The position numbers and the translations under genes were made by a program. From Octopus vulgaris (lineage: Eukaryota): 64,000 nt of DNA. Location of the stretch: assembly GCA_951406725.2 (NCBI GenBank), contig OX597823.1:98146001-98210000 (forward strand), written 5' to 3'. Shown in pieces: positions 1 through 13,014 of this stretch (positions are counted from its first letter, which is position 1; the number at the start of each line of letters is the position of its first letter). Under the pieces are notes generated by a model. That model saw only the letters and a program-made list of their open reading frames with translations, was not told the origin of the DNA and made no database searches.

Positions 1-587
1 TTTCACTTTACAATGTAGAATTTCTTTCCTTTTTGAGTTGAAAGATTCTTGCAATAAGATGATTGTTTTGTAGACTTTTCTCTAGAGTGAATAAGTATAT
101 TTACACTAAAGTTTAGTTGTTTTGATCTCCAATTCTTATTGTCTTACTCCTGAATATGTACATCGATTCTGGCTGGGTTTGAATCCAACCTCAATTAGTT
201 TACATATTCAAGAATAAGACACTTGTTAATGCTTGAAGAGCAAATGGTAGATATTAGATATTGTAAACATACTATTAAAAAAAAAAAATGAAGTTAATAG
301 TTCATTTTAATGACATTAATTTCAGAACATTTTGACATTTGATTGGATTGACTTTTAACAATGTTTAATCATAATTACAAATTTTTGTCCTATGCAATTA
401 TTAAGTAGTTATAAATTTGACTCCAGTAAAAAATTGTGTGTTGCAGTAATGTTTTAGTTTAGAAGATTATCTCCTAAAGATAAATAAATTGTCCTTCAGT
501 ATTATCTTTGGTGGTGGTTGGACTTACCTCCATATATCTAGCTTTCATTATTTTTTAAAACAAAATTATGGATTTTCTTTTCCAAAG

Positions 588-693
588 GTTGTTCTTCCTT
601 GTAATTTACAAAGACTGATTTGGAATGCACAGAAAATCTTTCGGATTGATAAAAGAAAGCCATCTGATCTTCATCCGATGAAAGTTGTTGACG
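588..693 (+). CDS. RPB1: RNA polymerase II largest subunit, first coding exon visible in window (gene starts upstream of window)
   Basis: AG/GT-bounded; [35 protein letters not shown] matches the conserved RPB1 sequence; ends phase 1. Confidence 0.95.
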
Positions 694-728
694 GTAATAA
701 TGTCTTAATCTTTTACGTTTATTTTGAG

Positions 729-897
729 GTGGTGAGCTTTTGCCAACTAGTGTTCTGAGTTCAAATTCCACTTGGGTTGACTTTGCTTTACATTCTTTCA
801 GGGTTGACAAAATAAGTAACAATTGAGCACTGAGGTTATTGTAAGTGACTTATCCCTGTCCTTGAAATTGCTGGCCTTGTGCTAAAATTTGAAACCA
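729..897 (+). mobile_element. degraded SINE (family A) in RPB1 intron
   Basis: gttctgagttcaaattcc...gactttgc...cattctttc...ggccttgtg motifs shared with fuller copies at 37165 and 54075. Confidence 0.7.
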
Positions 898-1414
898 ATA
901 TTTTAGGTTTATTTTCCTAGCATTAATTATAGTTTTGTATATGTCAGAATTGCAGTATTATGTAACAAATCAGAATTAAATTATTTAGCTTTCCATCCTT
1001 TGTCGTTTCATTCTTTAAGCATGTCACTAATAAACATGAAGTAATAGGTAAGTACCTGATAAGCAAGCCCATAATGTGGTTTCAACCGATTTGTCAAACT
1101 AATACAAAGTAAGCTGAAAATTCCCCAACATAAACATATTGCATTCTTTCTAAAATATAAAGCTTTTGTGCATTATGCATATAGATCAATGTTATTTATA
1201 TTTAAATTCTGTAGCAGATCTTCGTTTTCATACCACTTGCCTCAGAATCAAATATATAGAGCTTCCAAGATTAATATAATTAAGTGAAAACATCACTTTT
1301 AAGATTTATGAATTAACAAAACTATAATGTGGTAGATATAGTTACTTGCCAGTTAAGATTGAACTTGTTCTGCATACAGTATTGAGATATTGGTTGGGTT
1401 TTTTTTCATCACAG

Positions 1415-1620
1415 GTGTTCGTCAGTTGTGCAAGAAACTGTGCATTGTGGCAGGTGAGGACCGATTGAGTGTAATTGCTAATGAGAATGCAACCCTTTTG
1501 ATGAAATGCTTAATCCGATCAACATTGTGTGCCAAACGGGTGGCTGAAGAATACAGGCTTTCTACAGAAGCTTTTGAATGGCTCTTGGGTGAAATTGAAA
1601 CCCGCTTTCAACAGGCTCAG
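1415..1620 (+). CDS. RPB1: RPB1 coding exon
   Basis: acag|GT...CAG|gtaa; [19 protein letters not shown]...[18 protein letters not shown]; phase consistent with neighbours. Confidence 0.96.
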
Positions 1621-1884
1621 GTAATTGATTTTACGAATTAATAATGAATCTTCTGGATTCAAATTTTGATGTTTATTTTTAGATTGATACTGTAGGGTAA
1701 GTGTGAAGGGCCAGATCTGGTTGGTTTTAACATAAACAGAATATTTTGGCTGGTTTAAATGCTAAAGGGTTAAAGAAGATTTCATTGACATATTTCTGAG
1801 TTTGGTCAGTTTTGTTACCAATGTCTAGATTTGAAGGACTTGCTTCACTTTTTCTTTATTTTTCTAATTCCTCCTATGTGATAA

Positions 1885-2142
<258 letters not shown>

Positions 2143-2216
2143 TAAATTACAAAACTTATACTCTTGTTCTTTGATCATTCATTTGACTGCAGCCATTTTA
2201 AGTCTGGTCCTTAATG

Positions 2217-2562
2217 GGTGCAGGTGTGGCCATGTGGTAAGAAGTTTGCTCCCCAATCTCATTGTTCTGGATTCAGTTCTACTGTATGGCACCTGAGGCG
2301 TGTATCTTCTACTTTAAGCTCAGACCGACCAAAACCTTGTGAGTAGATTTGGTAGATGGAAACTGAAAAGAAGCCTGTCGTGTGTGTATGTGTGTTAGTT
2401 CCCTCACACCACTTGGCAACTGATGTTGGTTTGGCAAACGAGACTAATAGAATAAGTTGCAGGCTTTAAAATAAGTACTGGGGTCGATTTGTTCAATTAA
2501 ATCTTTCAAGGTGGTGTCCCAGCATGGTTGCAGTCCAAAGACTAAAACACGTAAAAGATAAA
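2217..2562 (+). mobile_element. tRNA-derived SINE (family B) in RPB1 intron
   Basis: A-box-like tggccatgtggtaag head, gatttggtagatggaaactgaaaagaagcc core, internal (GT)n, ccagcatgg tail; homologous to 37514 and 50181. Confidence 0.75.
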
Positions 2563-3042
2563 AGCTAAATCTATCAAATTCCTTTTTGCTGGACCTCTAC
2601 ATTCTGGAGTTGATTTGTTGATGTTTAGTTCTACTGCTAGGGGAAATAACTTGTAGGGTTAAACGTTTAAATCAGTTGAAGATTTAGATGTTGGTGAAAG
2701 TGTAAAGATGTTCTGGAGCACCTTAACTGAAAAGGTGTATATAATAGCAAGAAAATATATTGAAGTGAATCAAGATTATGTTTAAAAATAATTATAAAAG
2801 TTTATTTAACTACTTCTGCAGTTCCAACTTGTTGATTTCCTGCAAGTTCCTCTCTGTATAGTAATAGTTGACATTGTATAAAGAAAGGTGAGAGATACAG
2901 AGAAAGTTAACATAAGAGGTGCAGGGCAAGTGAATATAGAAGGCTTCTTGACAGGCAATGAGTAAATGAATGCTACACACAGTGAGAAAAAATCATGGAG
3001 GAGGAGGAGAGGGTGTATGTGTGTATGAATATATGTTTTTTT

Positions 3043-3185
3043 ATTGTCTGGGGGAGAGTCATTCCCTTTTACTGCCTCATCAGTTCAATTTCCACTCATT
3101 TACTTAGTTATTTTTCTCAGATTTTCATTGTCTTCCAACAGTCATTGGCTCTGTTATCAGTGCCAAGTCCTTTTTGTTTGTTTGT
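3043..3185 (+). repeat. dispersed ~170-bp microsatellite-associated repeat (other copies 50387-50560 +, 62135-62306 -)
   Basis: shared ttgtctgggg(g)agag/atcatt...tgcctcat...tttccactcatttactt motifs. Confidence 0.7.
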
Positions 3186-3717
3186 GCACATCTGTGTGTG
3201 TCAGTGTTCATGTGTATACACATGTATGTGTGTGCATATATATATATATATGTATGTATGTATGCATGTGCATTCTGCATATTCATGTGTTTGTGTCACT
3301 ATACATGCATCCATTATGTATGAATGTGTCTCCATATGTGTCCTTGTCTGTGTGTGTGTATGAAGTGTGCATGTATATATGGTCATGTTTCAGTCTTCAT
3401 TTATCTGTGTGCCTGTCTGTATTACCTATGTACCTATCTATTTATCTATATGCATATATGTGTGCATATATATGTGTGTGTGTGTACATTTGTGTGTATG
3501 TAATCGGTGTGTTCATGTTTGTGTGTACCTCTGTTTCTTTGTGTGTGCATCTTTGAGTGTGTCTATGGGTATGGATTTGTGTGACTATGTACATGCTTCT
3601 GTTATGTATGGATGTTTCCATATGTCCTTGTGTGTACGTGTGAAATATGTGTATGTATGGATATATGTATATACACACACAGACATGAATACATACACAG
3701 GCATGCATCCATAGCAT

Positions 3718-4985
3718 GATGGCTGCCCCCTCATTATTGAGTATGGCCACTGCACGAAGCTTAACTGTTACTGGTGCTGTGAACGAATGTGACTTTTTAG
3801 CCCAGCTAAAGATCTGCAATGTTTTGTACAGAATTGGCAACTAAAAACTTTACCAGTAATAGCTGGCTGTAGTTGCAACTGGGCTTCATGTACCTTTGCA
3901 TGTCGTTTAAGTCCTCCTGCCGAATTACACTCTCTTCCACGTTCCCAACAGATATGATTAGTATGGTGTGTTACACCACCACCAGTGGCCAGGTTGTCAC
4001 TCATCTGTCTCCCATTTTATGACTACGAAGGTGACTCTTGAGTCCAGCTTTACTGAGGCAGGGTCTTGCACAGACACTGCATGTCAGCATCATAGGAAGA
4101 CTCTTCCCATCTGGAAGTGTAACAGTGATGCTCTTCCTGACATCCCTCCTTACTTTCTCATGTGCAACTCTAGATTTCTCAAACGTGGCTGTCCCCTCAT
4201 GCACAATCCTTCTCCACCTGTTACGATCAATAGCTATGCCTTCCTATGTGTCAGGACAGGAGCGATGCTAGCATCTCTTAAGGAAGCCTTCAGCAAGTCC
4301 TTATACCTCTTTTTTGGTTTATGTGGGGGTCGTTCTCCTTTAACTCCCCATAAAAGAGTTGTTTTGGCATCTTTGAATCCTTCATCCTGACCAGATGACC
4401 ACTCCATCTGAGCCTTTGCTTAACACAAGAGCTTCTATACTTTCACTCCGAGAGCCTTCCAATATTTCAAGATCACTGATGCGGTCCTTCCACTTAATGC
4501 CATAGATCCGTCTGAGACACATCTGATGGAAACGTTCCAGTTGTTTAAGGTGGTATCGATATGTGACCCACGTCTCGCAGGCATAGAGAAGAGAAGGGGG
4601 GAGCACACATGCCTTGTACACCTTTATCTTTGTCTTTCTGCATATGTCTCGCCGACTCCAGAGGCGCTTTTCTAGCCTTCCGAAAGCAACACTTGCTTTC
4701 CTAATTCTATATGGAATTTCATCATCCAAATTGCTATATCTATTAATAGTGCTTCCCAGGTAGACAAACTGATCAACTACATCAAGTCGTTTACCATACA
4801 CATAGATATTTGGTACACTATACTGCTTACCAGGGACAGTTTGGTACATGACAAGTGTTTTCTTGAGATTAACTGTCAATCCTAAGGCAGTGCAAGCATC
4901 AGAGAATGCATTCAAAATGTGTTGCATATCAATCTGTGTGTGTGCTATTAGCTCACAATCATCTGCATACAAAAGGTCTCATATA
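3718..4985 (-). mobile_element. 5'-truncated RTE-clade LINE with C-terminal C2H2-like fingers, in RPB1 intron
   Basis: LYADD, FVYLGS, ASVAFGRL, LLYACETW motifs; frameshifts; candidate 8-bp TSD catagcat at 3710-3717 and 4986-4993. Confidence 0.92.
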
Positions 4986-5529
4986 CATAGCATACAGTTA
5001 TGCATACACACACACAGTCATGCATACACACACACAGACATGCATACACACACATACAGACATGTAAAATTGGAGTATTATCCTAGTATAAATTTGCTGA
5101 TCTTAACTGTATCAGAGCTGGAAGGGCAGATGAGGCGAACGGAGTGGTCCACTGCGAAGTTTTCTTTATGATCCTTTAAGCTTACATGGGGTGGGCTAGG
5201 TGTGTAAGGTTTGGTCCTGTCCTCAAGTCCAAGTTTTTTGTGGTTGATTTCTATAATATATCAGCATGGAGAGTAATTTTTTTTGCTTCTTGAATATTGT
5301 TTATTTAATTTTATTTTAAGGTAATGATTATTTAAAATATTTTTCTTGTAAAAATGTGTATTCATTTCATCATTTTTTATAAGCACCAGCAAATTTGGTA
5401 AAAGTTAAAGAGTAATTATTGTATATATGCCATATATCCTAATATTACCCAAGCTAGTAGAAGTTAACTGTCATGTGATGAATAACACTTTCAGTTTATA
5501 CTATAAAACACCATTTTTTATTATTTCAG

Positions 5530-5776
5530 GATGTCTTACATCGTCTGGAACACACGACATTGCGGAAGGTTACAGGGAATACTGCCATACATTATGATCC
5601 TGATCCTCAAAATACAACCATTGCTGAGGATCAAGACTGGGTCAATGTCTACTATGAAATGCCGGACTTTGATGTGTCACGTATTTCTCCCTGGTTACTT
5701 CGCATTGAACTGGACCGGAAAAGAATGACTGATAAAAAATTGACAATGGAACAGATTTCAGAGAAAATCACTGCAG
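5530..5776 (+). CDS. RPB1: RPB1 coding exon
   Basis: tttcag|GAT; [15 protein letters not shown]...[30 protein letters not shown]; g|gtaag donor. Confidence 0.96.
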
Positions 5777-6253
5777 GTAAGGACTTTCTAAAATTGTATT
5801 TGGTATAAGCAAATTCATCTTTAAATTACAATCTTTATCTTTTTGATTTTCCAATGAAAAATATTTGTATAATTTGGTTTAAACTGAAATTTGCTTATGA
5901 TTTATTGCGTGTCCTCAATTCTGTAAGTGACTGATTTGTTCCCATTTCAATTTGACTTTAGTTACTACCATCCTCTTGTATTCTTTTCATCTTTCTCTGA
6001 ATTCAAACATTAAACTTACCATTCCATTGTGTATTTTTTTGTTTTACTGAAAAACCTTGCTAGTCTTAGCTACCTACTCATCTTTAATCCAAGTTCTCTC
6101 TTTGTTTCAAATTTTCCCCATACAATGAATAAATAACTCAATCACTGTTTTGACTATAGCATTTTGGTTTTGTGATTACAGTTCCCTTAATACTACATAC
6201 ATTTTAAAATCTCTTAGTTTTGTCTTGATCATTTCTATTTTCATACATCTTAA

Positions 6254-6433
<180 letters not shown>

Positions 6434-7728
6434 TAGAAATTTTATAGTTTTGAAGGTTGAATAGGCTTACGATGATTTTTTGCCTAAAATAATTGACAGA
6501 TATTGTTTGTAGTTTCTAATATGTGCTGGTGGTCAAACCAATGATGAGAGCACAAGTATCACAGATGTGTAGAGTAATTTTTTTAGATATTTCACTCTAA
6601 AGAGTAAAGGATGATAGCCTTTGCTGGATCTCAGACTTGTGTTGGTTAAGGAAGGAAGCAATCATGACTAATGTTGCTGCTAATTGCTTCAATCTTTGTT
6701 GGAAATTAGTGGTAGCTGGTGAGCAAATGAATCAGCTTCCTGAGCTATTACCTAACTGTTAGAACCCCTGTATAACATATCAATGGGGTTCTGCTGAAAA
6801 ACTAGATCCACTAGTATCCTTTAACAAACGTGACTCTTTGCAGAGAAGGTCCCGTAGGGACCAGCACTTTGATATTGAATCATCCTTAGATTAGAAACTT
6901 GGGATCTTTTGCATTTGGTGCCAATTTCAATTTCTGTTTGAACTGATTTCATATTCAGTCTACTGATACACTTTTATAGGCTAATCAGTGTCTTGAAAAA
7001 TCAAAGTCATTGTCTGGCTATTAAAGTTTGAAAATTTTGGGTAATTTTAGCCACTCATAAGCCACAGACACACTCATGCCTATTTCCATAGTTACAAGCC
7101 AAACATGGGAACTCTTTTGTCTGTGAGAAAGCACGTGTTGACAAATATATTGAAACCACTTGTTGATGCTGTGTTCTACTGTTTTACTCGCCAAAATGCA
7201 TATCAAATGCTTAAATGTTTTTTAAAAATATTTAATTTGTAATGTGCTGTTTTTCGCATTAAATGCATATTGAATGCTTAAAACTACAATAAAAACCGTG
7301 TCGTTTACTCATTTTCTGCGTGTAGAATGCAAATATTAACAACACCTGCTATTTTCAGGATGTTGACAATATGTGCTGTCATGTACAAAATGACAGCTTC
7401 CAAAACCTGTTTCTTGACCCTCTATAATTTAAAAATTTTATTCTGGTAAAAGTGAAATAACTCCAGCAATTCAGCTTGGAAAACTACATTAATCTACCAG
7501 ATTTTAAAATTTTCAATAAACTTTAATTTTTGAAACCTTGGCAGCCAAACAGAAAAGATTCAAAACTTGGTCTGAATGTTTACAACAGTACAGACTACAT
7601 GAAAGACACCATGGGTCAGGTTATAATAAAGCAGTCAACAGGTGGATTAGGTCTATCAATAGTTTATAAAAATAACTGTATTAAAAAACTTCTTGTATAT
7701 CAATTCATTGTTTTCTTGTAATATATAG

Positions 7729-7833
7729 GAAGAAGATATTGTTGATAAAATGGAAGATGATGTTCTGTTGCGCTGTATTGAAGCCAATATTCTAACAGAC
7801 ATGACTCTGCAAGGCATTGAGTCAATTTCCAAG
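7729..7833 (+). CDS. RPB1: RPB1 coding exon (not in ORF track)
   Basis: atag|GAA; [35 protein letters not shown]; gtaa donor. Confidence 0.94.
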
Positions 7834-7954
7834 GTAAATAAACTTTAATTTAATTTTCTAATGATTTCAGTGGGCTTCTGTAGTGTCTGCTGGTTTAATA
7901 TCTTTTGATTTAAAAAATTTGTGTTATCTTTTTGAAGACCAGTATATTGTCTTC

Positions 7955-8590
7955 CAGTGATGCCTGTGTACATGCAGCTGTGTTACGTGGTAGTGAAACA
8001 TGGGATTTGACTACAGGGGCTTGCGAAGGCTTGAAAGAAATGAAACTAGCATCTCTGCTGGATGGGTAATGTTGGTGAGCATGCACGACAGAGTGTAAAT
8101 GGTTTAAGAGGAAAACTGGGTATAAGAGGCGTTAGATGTATGTAAGAGAGAAGACTGCACTGGTTTGGTCATGTGATGTGTGTGGATGAGGATAGCTGTG
8201 TAAAGAAGTGCTGAGCTCTAATAGGGGAGGGTACCTGTGGAAAGGGTAGACCCGAGAAGATGTAGGATGAAGTGGTGAGAAAGGATCTTCGAAAGCAGGG
8301 CCACACTGAGGAAATGCCGAGGGACCTGGAGATGTGGCACTTTGCTGTACTTGATAAGACGCCTCAAGCTTGCTGTCTTCCACACATACAGGCTTATTTT
8401 TTCAGGTTCCAGTGCCACATAAAAGCACCTGTGCCAGTGCTGCATAAAAGCACCTGTGCCTGTGCATCCAGCACACTCTGTTAAGTGGTTGGCGTTAGGA
8501 AGGGCATCCAGGTGTAGAGACCATGCGACAACAGAGAAAACTGTTCAACCTATGCCAGCATGGAAAGTGGACATTAAATGATGGTGATGT
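7955..8590 (+). mobile_element. 3' end of RTE-clade LINE (second family)
   Basis: degenerate GSETW, RLHWFGHV, GTCGKGRP motifs; tail gtggttggcgttaggaagggcatccag...ccagcatgg...taaatgatg; homologous to 16382-17369. Confidence 0.85.
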
Positions 8591-8608
8591 CATTTATTTT
8601 TATGGCAG

Positions 8609-8791
8609 GTGTACATGCATTTACCAACAACTGATGACAAAAAACGTATCCATATTACTGACGATGGTGAATTTAAAGCAGTTGCCGAATGGATTCTTGA
8701 AACTGATGGGACTGCTCTGATGAAAGTAATCAGTGAAAAAGATGTTGACAAGTGTCGAACTACATCTAACGATATAGTTGAAATCTTCTCG
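8609..8791 (+). CDS. RPB1: RPB1 coding exon
   Basis: gcag|GTG; [14 protein letters not shown]...EWILETDG...[11 protein letters not shown]; gtaagt donor. Confidence 0.96.
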
Positions 8792-9879
8792 GTAAGTAAT
8801 TTTGAAATTTTCTGTGTTTAAGGTTGTATTGTAACAAGTTTTGATAACTTGGGAGATGAAAATCAAAAAATTTTATATAGCAGCATAGACAGTGATGTAT
8901 AAGTGTCCTACTATATAGTTGTACTAAGCAGCTTACAAATGTTGCCTTGAGAATGCTTTGTTTAACAACCCATTATTAGTTGCTGATATTTGACTTTTTT
9001 ATTGTTAACCCCTTTCATTGCTATATTTCTAACTAAACACACTCCTTATGAGTTTCAATTAAATTCTAAAATAATCACAGATTTAAACTGGTTTTATTAA
9101 ACAACTAACTTTTTTTATATATCGACATATTGTGATTTTTGGAACACAATAGAAGGAAAAATTCTTAATGAATTCTGTTGGATAACTTTTGTCTCAAAGT
9201 GACTCTAATTACAGGTAAATTCAGTAAAATATAAAGATAACATTACCATAGAAAATGAGTCGTCAGCTAATATTCAATTGGGTACGTAACAAGATTTTAA
9301 TATAGAAGAATTGTGCACATCTCTAGATCATCAGTTGAATTTAATGCACAACAGAACAGGTGTACCATAAAGGGATAACAAAATGAAATACTGGAATTTG
9401 CTTTTGAAGAAAACTAGAAACTGAAATACATCATCTAAATGAAATAAACTCAGACATACATGAATACACAGAAACATATATAATAAAGATTTACAATAGA
9501 AATTAAGTGAAAACTTTAAGAGATTTGGTTAATGCATGAATTATTCTTCCTAAACCATGCTTGCGCTTCCTTTAACATGTGTTCTGCAGCATTTTTCAGT
9601 CTTTTAAGTACCATCTTTGCAAGTATGTTGTTGGATACTGACAGAAGCAAGATGATATGCTAGTTATTGCACTCCCTAAGATTTCCTTTTCTCAACAGTG
9701 TCACCAGCGATATTCTATCCCTTTCCAGTTCCATCCAATCACTCAACTTCTCTTCTAAAATTGCTCCTCTACAACATAAAAACCTATTCTTCTGGACCCT
9801 TCTCTAACCCTTTAACTCTGTACCTCTTAGCATAAAGTTACCTCCCTCTCTACTGTGGCCCTACTCAGCTGAAGGAGAT

Positions 9880-10088
9880 CTTAGTCTTGCAGGACGCATG
9901 GTAACCTCACTAGTACTGGTGCCACAAAAAAAAAAAAGACCACCCCTTTACACAATGTAAAAGAAGGGTATCCAGATATAGAAACCCTGCTAAACTAGAG
10001 ATACTGAAGCATGAAGCAGTCCTTGACTCGTCACACTGTCAAACTGTCCAACCTATGCCAGCATGGAATATGGACATTTAAATAATAA
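9880..10088 (+). mobile_element. degraded RTE/SINE 3' tail fragment
   Basis: gaagggtatccag...aacctatgccagcatggaa...ggacattta matches the tail at 8495-8580. Confidence 0.6.
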
Positions 10089-11199
10089 AATTATATCTAA
10101 TGCTATAATTTTAACAAGTGCTGCTTTTTCCATTCCAAGAACCACAAAAAAAAAAAAAAATGGTTCTTTCACAATTAAAATAGTTCATCATCATCATCAT
10201 TATTTAACACCCATCCTCCATCTTCAAATCATCAATTCTCAATTTGATTAACTGTTAAAAAAAAAAAAAAAAAGCTTTCAATTTTGGAATTGCTTTTTCA
10301 CTTGCATCATCCTTCAATAAAGACACTCATTGTCAAATGACAGGCAATGGGAGATTGCTGAAAGCTTTCAGATGTAAAAGCTTTATTGGAACAGTAGTTT
10401 CTATTATCTCTGATAGTCTTCTTGATAGTGAGTAACTAGTTGACGCATCCCAACTATGCAGGCTGAAAGTAGTAATGGTGGAGACAAGCTGATGCTAGAG
10501 GAGCTGGATTATGTGAACCGACATTTGCTTGATATCATAGGATGTTCAAGGCAGGCAGAGAAAGCAAGACAGGGATCATAAAAATACAAAGTGATTTCTC
10601 CACCTCTCTCTTATGGTAAAAAATTATAATGAACAAAGGGAAATGTTTTGTGTTTCTTGGAAGTGGAACCTAGGAGCATGACACTGTGAGACTTAGAAAA
10701 GCAAATCAAGCTTTCAACAATTGAAATCCCGTCTGAAGGACAAAGATTCTGTTCACACACTCAGCATCATGCACATTTCAGTTTTTGAATAGTCTCAGCT
10801 TAATGATAGTAAATCTACATATATATCCTCAAAAAGCTGCAAACATTCATGGGTAAATATACTTCAGCAACATCTTGTGCATTAGCAAAAATAATTTTAC
10901 TGATGGATATGTGAGCTCTTAATTGTATTTTTTTTTTTATTTTGTAAGACGTATAATTATACAGTATTTTATTAACTCTGTAGAATTCGAATTGCTTTAA
11001 AGTTTGTCTGGCTCTTTGTCTTCTAAGTTAAAGTTAACTGATCTAACAACTATATGGACTTCATATTAGACAAAGTTTGAGAAATGGATAAATTTCAATT
11101 GAAAATAATCAGTCCCTTTGGTAAAAATACAATTTCTAAAATTCTTTGTTTTAACATTGTTGCAATTCACAAAACAAATAATTTTGTTTGTTCTTTTAG

Positions 11200-11403
11200 T
11201 CACTTGGAATTGAAGCTGTTCGAAAATCAATTGAAAAAGAGATGAACCATGTAATTTCTTTTGATGGTTCATATGTAAATTACCGACATTTGGCCTTGTT
11301 ATGTGATGTTATGACAGCTAAAGGTCATTTAATGGCTATCACTCGTCATGGTGTTAACAGACAAGAAACTGGTGCATTAGCTCGGTGTTCTTTTGAAGAA
11401 ACC
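11200..11403 (+). CDS. RPB1: RPB1 coding exon
   Basis: tttag|TCA; SLGIEAVRK...[19 protein letters not shown]...RCSFEET; gtaagt donor. Confidence 0.96.
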
Positions 11404-11496
11404 GTAAGTTATTTCTCCTTATTAACCTATTTAAATTATTGCTGAAAGTAATTTCAATATTTCATCCTAATTTCTGTGTTTGTATCACTGATTTAG

Positions 11497-11683
11497 GTTG
11501 ATATTTTGATGGAAGCAGCTTCTCATTCAGAAATTGATCCAATGAAAGGTGTCTCGGAGAACATAATGGTGGGGCAACTTGCACGGATTGGCACCGGTAG
11601 TTTTGATTTACTTCTTGATGGGGACAAGTGCAAATTTGGTATGGAGATACCATCCAATGTTGGCCCTGGCATGCTTGGTACTG
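11497..11683 (+). CDS. RPB1: RPB1 coding exon (region H)
   Basis: ttag|GTT; VDILMEAA...[25 protein letters not shown]; follows a 93-nt intron. Confidence 0.96.
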
Positions 11684-13014
11684 GTAAGCAATTTATGATT
11701 TTATGTCAGCTTTTTGCATTGTTTTGTGATCTATTGAGGGAGAGGAGAGAGAACAATGTAATTTATTTCTTCTTGGTAGCAATTTCTTAGCATAATGACT
11801 GTATAGTTAATCTGAGTAATCAACAAAGAATTAATACTTGAATGCGAACTGCTTGACAGATTGGATTTTTTAAATGTAAGTGGTTTACTTCAATTTTGAA
11901 TTTTGTAACAACACGTTCCTTGGTAATATAATTTTACCTCATTTGATATGGCTTTAGACTTAAAGAATCATTTCAAAATACGAGAGATACTCATCTCTGA
12001 GCTGAATACCAGCTGTTTGAATCAAATCTAGAGATTGAGACTTTGTACTTACGCACAGGGCCACACATTTTCAGAGAAGTAATACAGTTAACTGAATTGA
12101 CTCATTGATGTGCCCGAGAAATGAAAGGCAAAATTTAAATCCACTGTTTTGAATTTGGAATATGGAGGACATAATTAAAAATAAGCATTTAGTTTGACAC
12201 TCTTCTTTACTTGTCAACATAGTTCTCTGATGATAATGTGATATAAATAAATGTTTTATTTATTTGAATGGATTTCTAATGCTAACTATTAAAAAAAAAT
12301 AATTGTGTGACATTTGGTCACACATTACCTGACCAAACTTCCTATAATTTTATGCAGCATAAATTTAGAGTTGAGGGAACTGAAAATTGTGAGAGTCTGT
12401 AATAAAGTTTGATTGTTGATTGCATAAGCATATTAACGAGTAACATCAAGTACAAACTAGCTTAGAAGGTTTTCAGAATTTAGAAATATCAATCTCATTA
12501 CTATGAATGAGAAAAAGTGAGCTTTTCTGATGAACACTAATCATGAACTGATTATTTTAAATGTGAGGCAGTTAAATCTAATTTAAGGGAAGTTTAATTG
12601 GAACCGACACTAACACAGCTGGTTATTCTCTTGTTGTGTTCACTGTTTTTATGTAATTTACATGTTAGACATATTTCAATATTTTATGTAGCAATAGCTT
12701 CTCTCAGTATTGATGATGTTCTGGTCAGCATTGACTGCCATATATATTCATGGAATACCTCTCATTATGTATCACTTACATAAGCAAATTTTTGTAATAT
12801 TAACACAATTTCTTCTGTTTAAGATTTTTTTGCCATTGAAATTTCTTTACTTAGTAAGAATTCAAAATCACAGTGAAGGTTTTTAAATACATCTAAACCC
12901 ATCCTTGTTGTCTTTGCCAAACATGTACAGTAACAAAGTTTTGTATTACATGAGGTTAACTAATTTAACATAGATAAAAATTTTAGTAAATTTTCATTTA
13001 AAATTTATTTGCAG

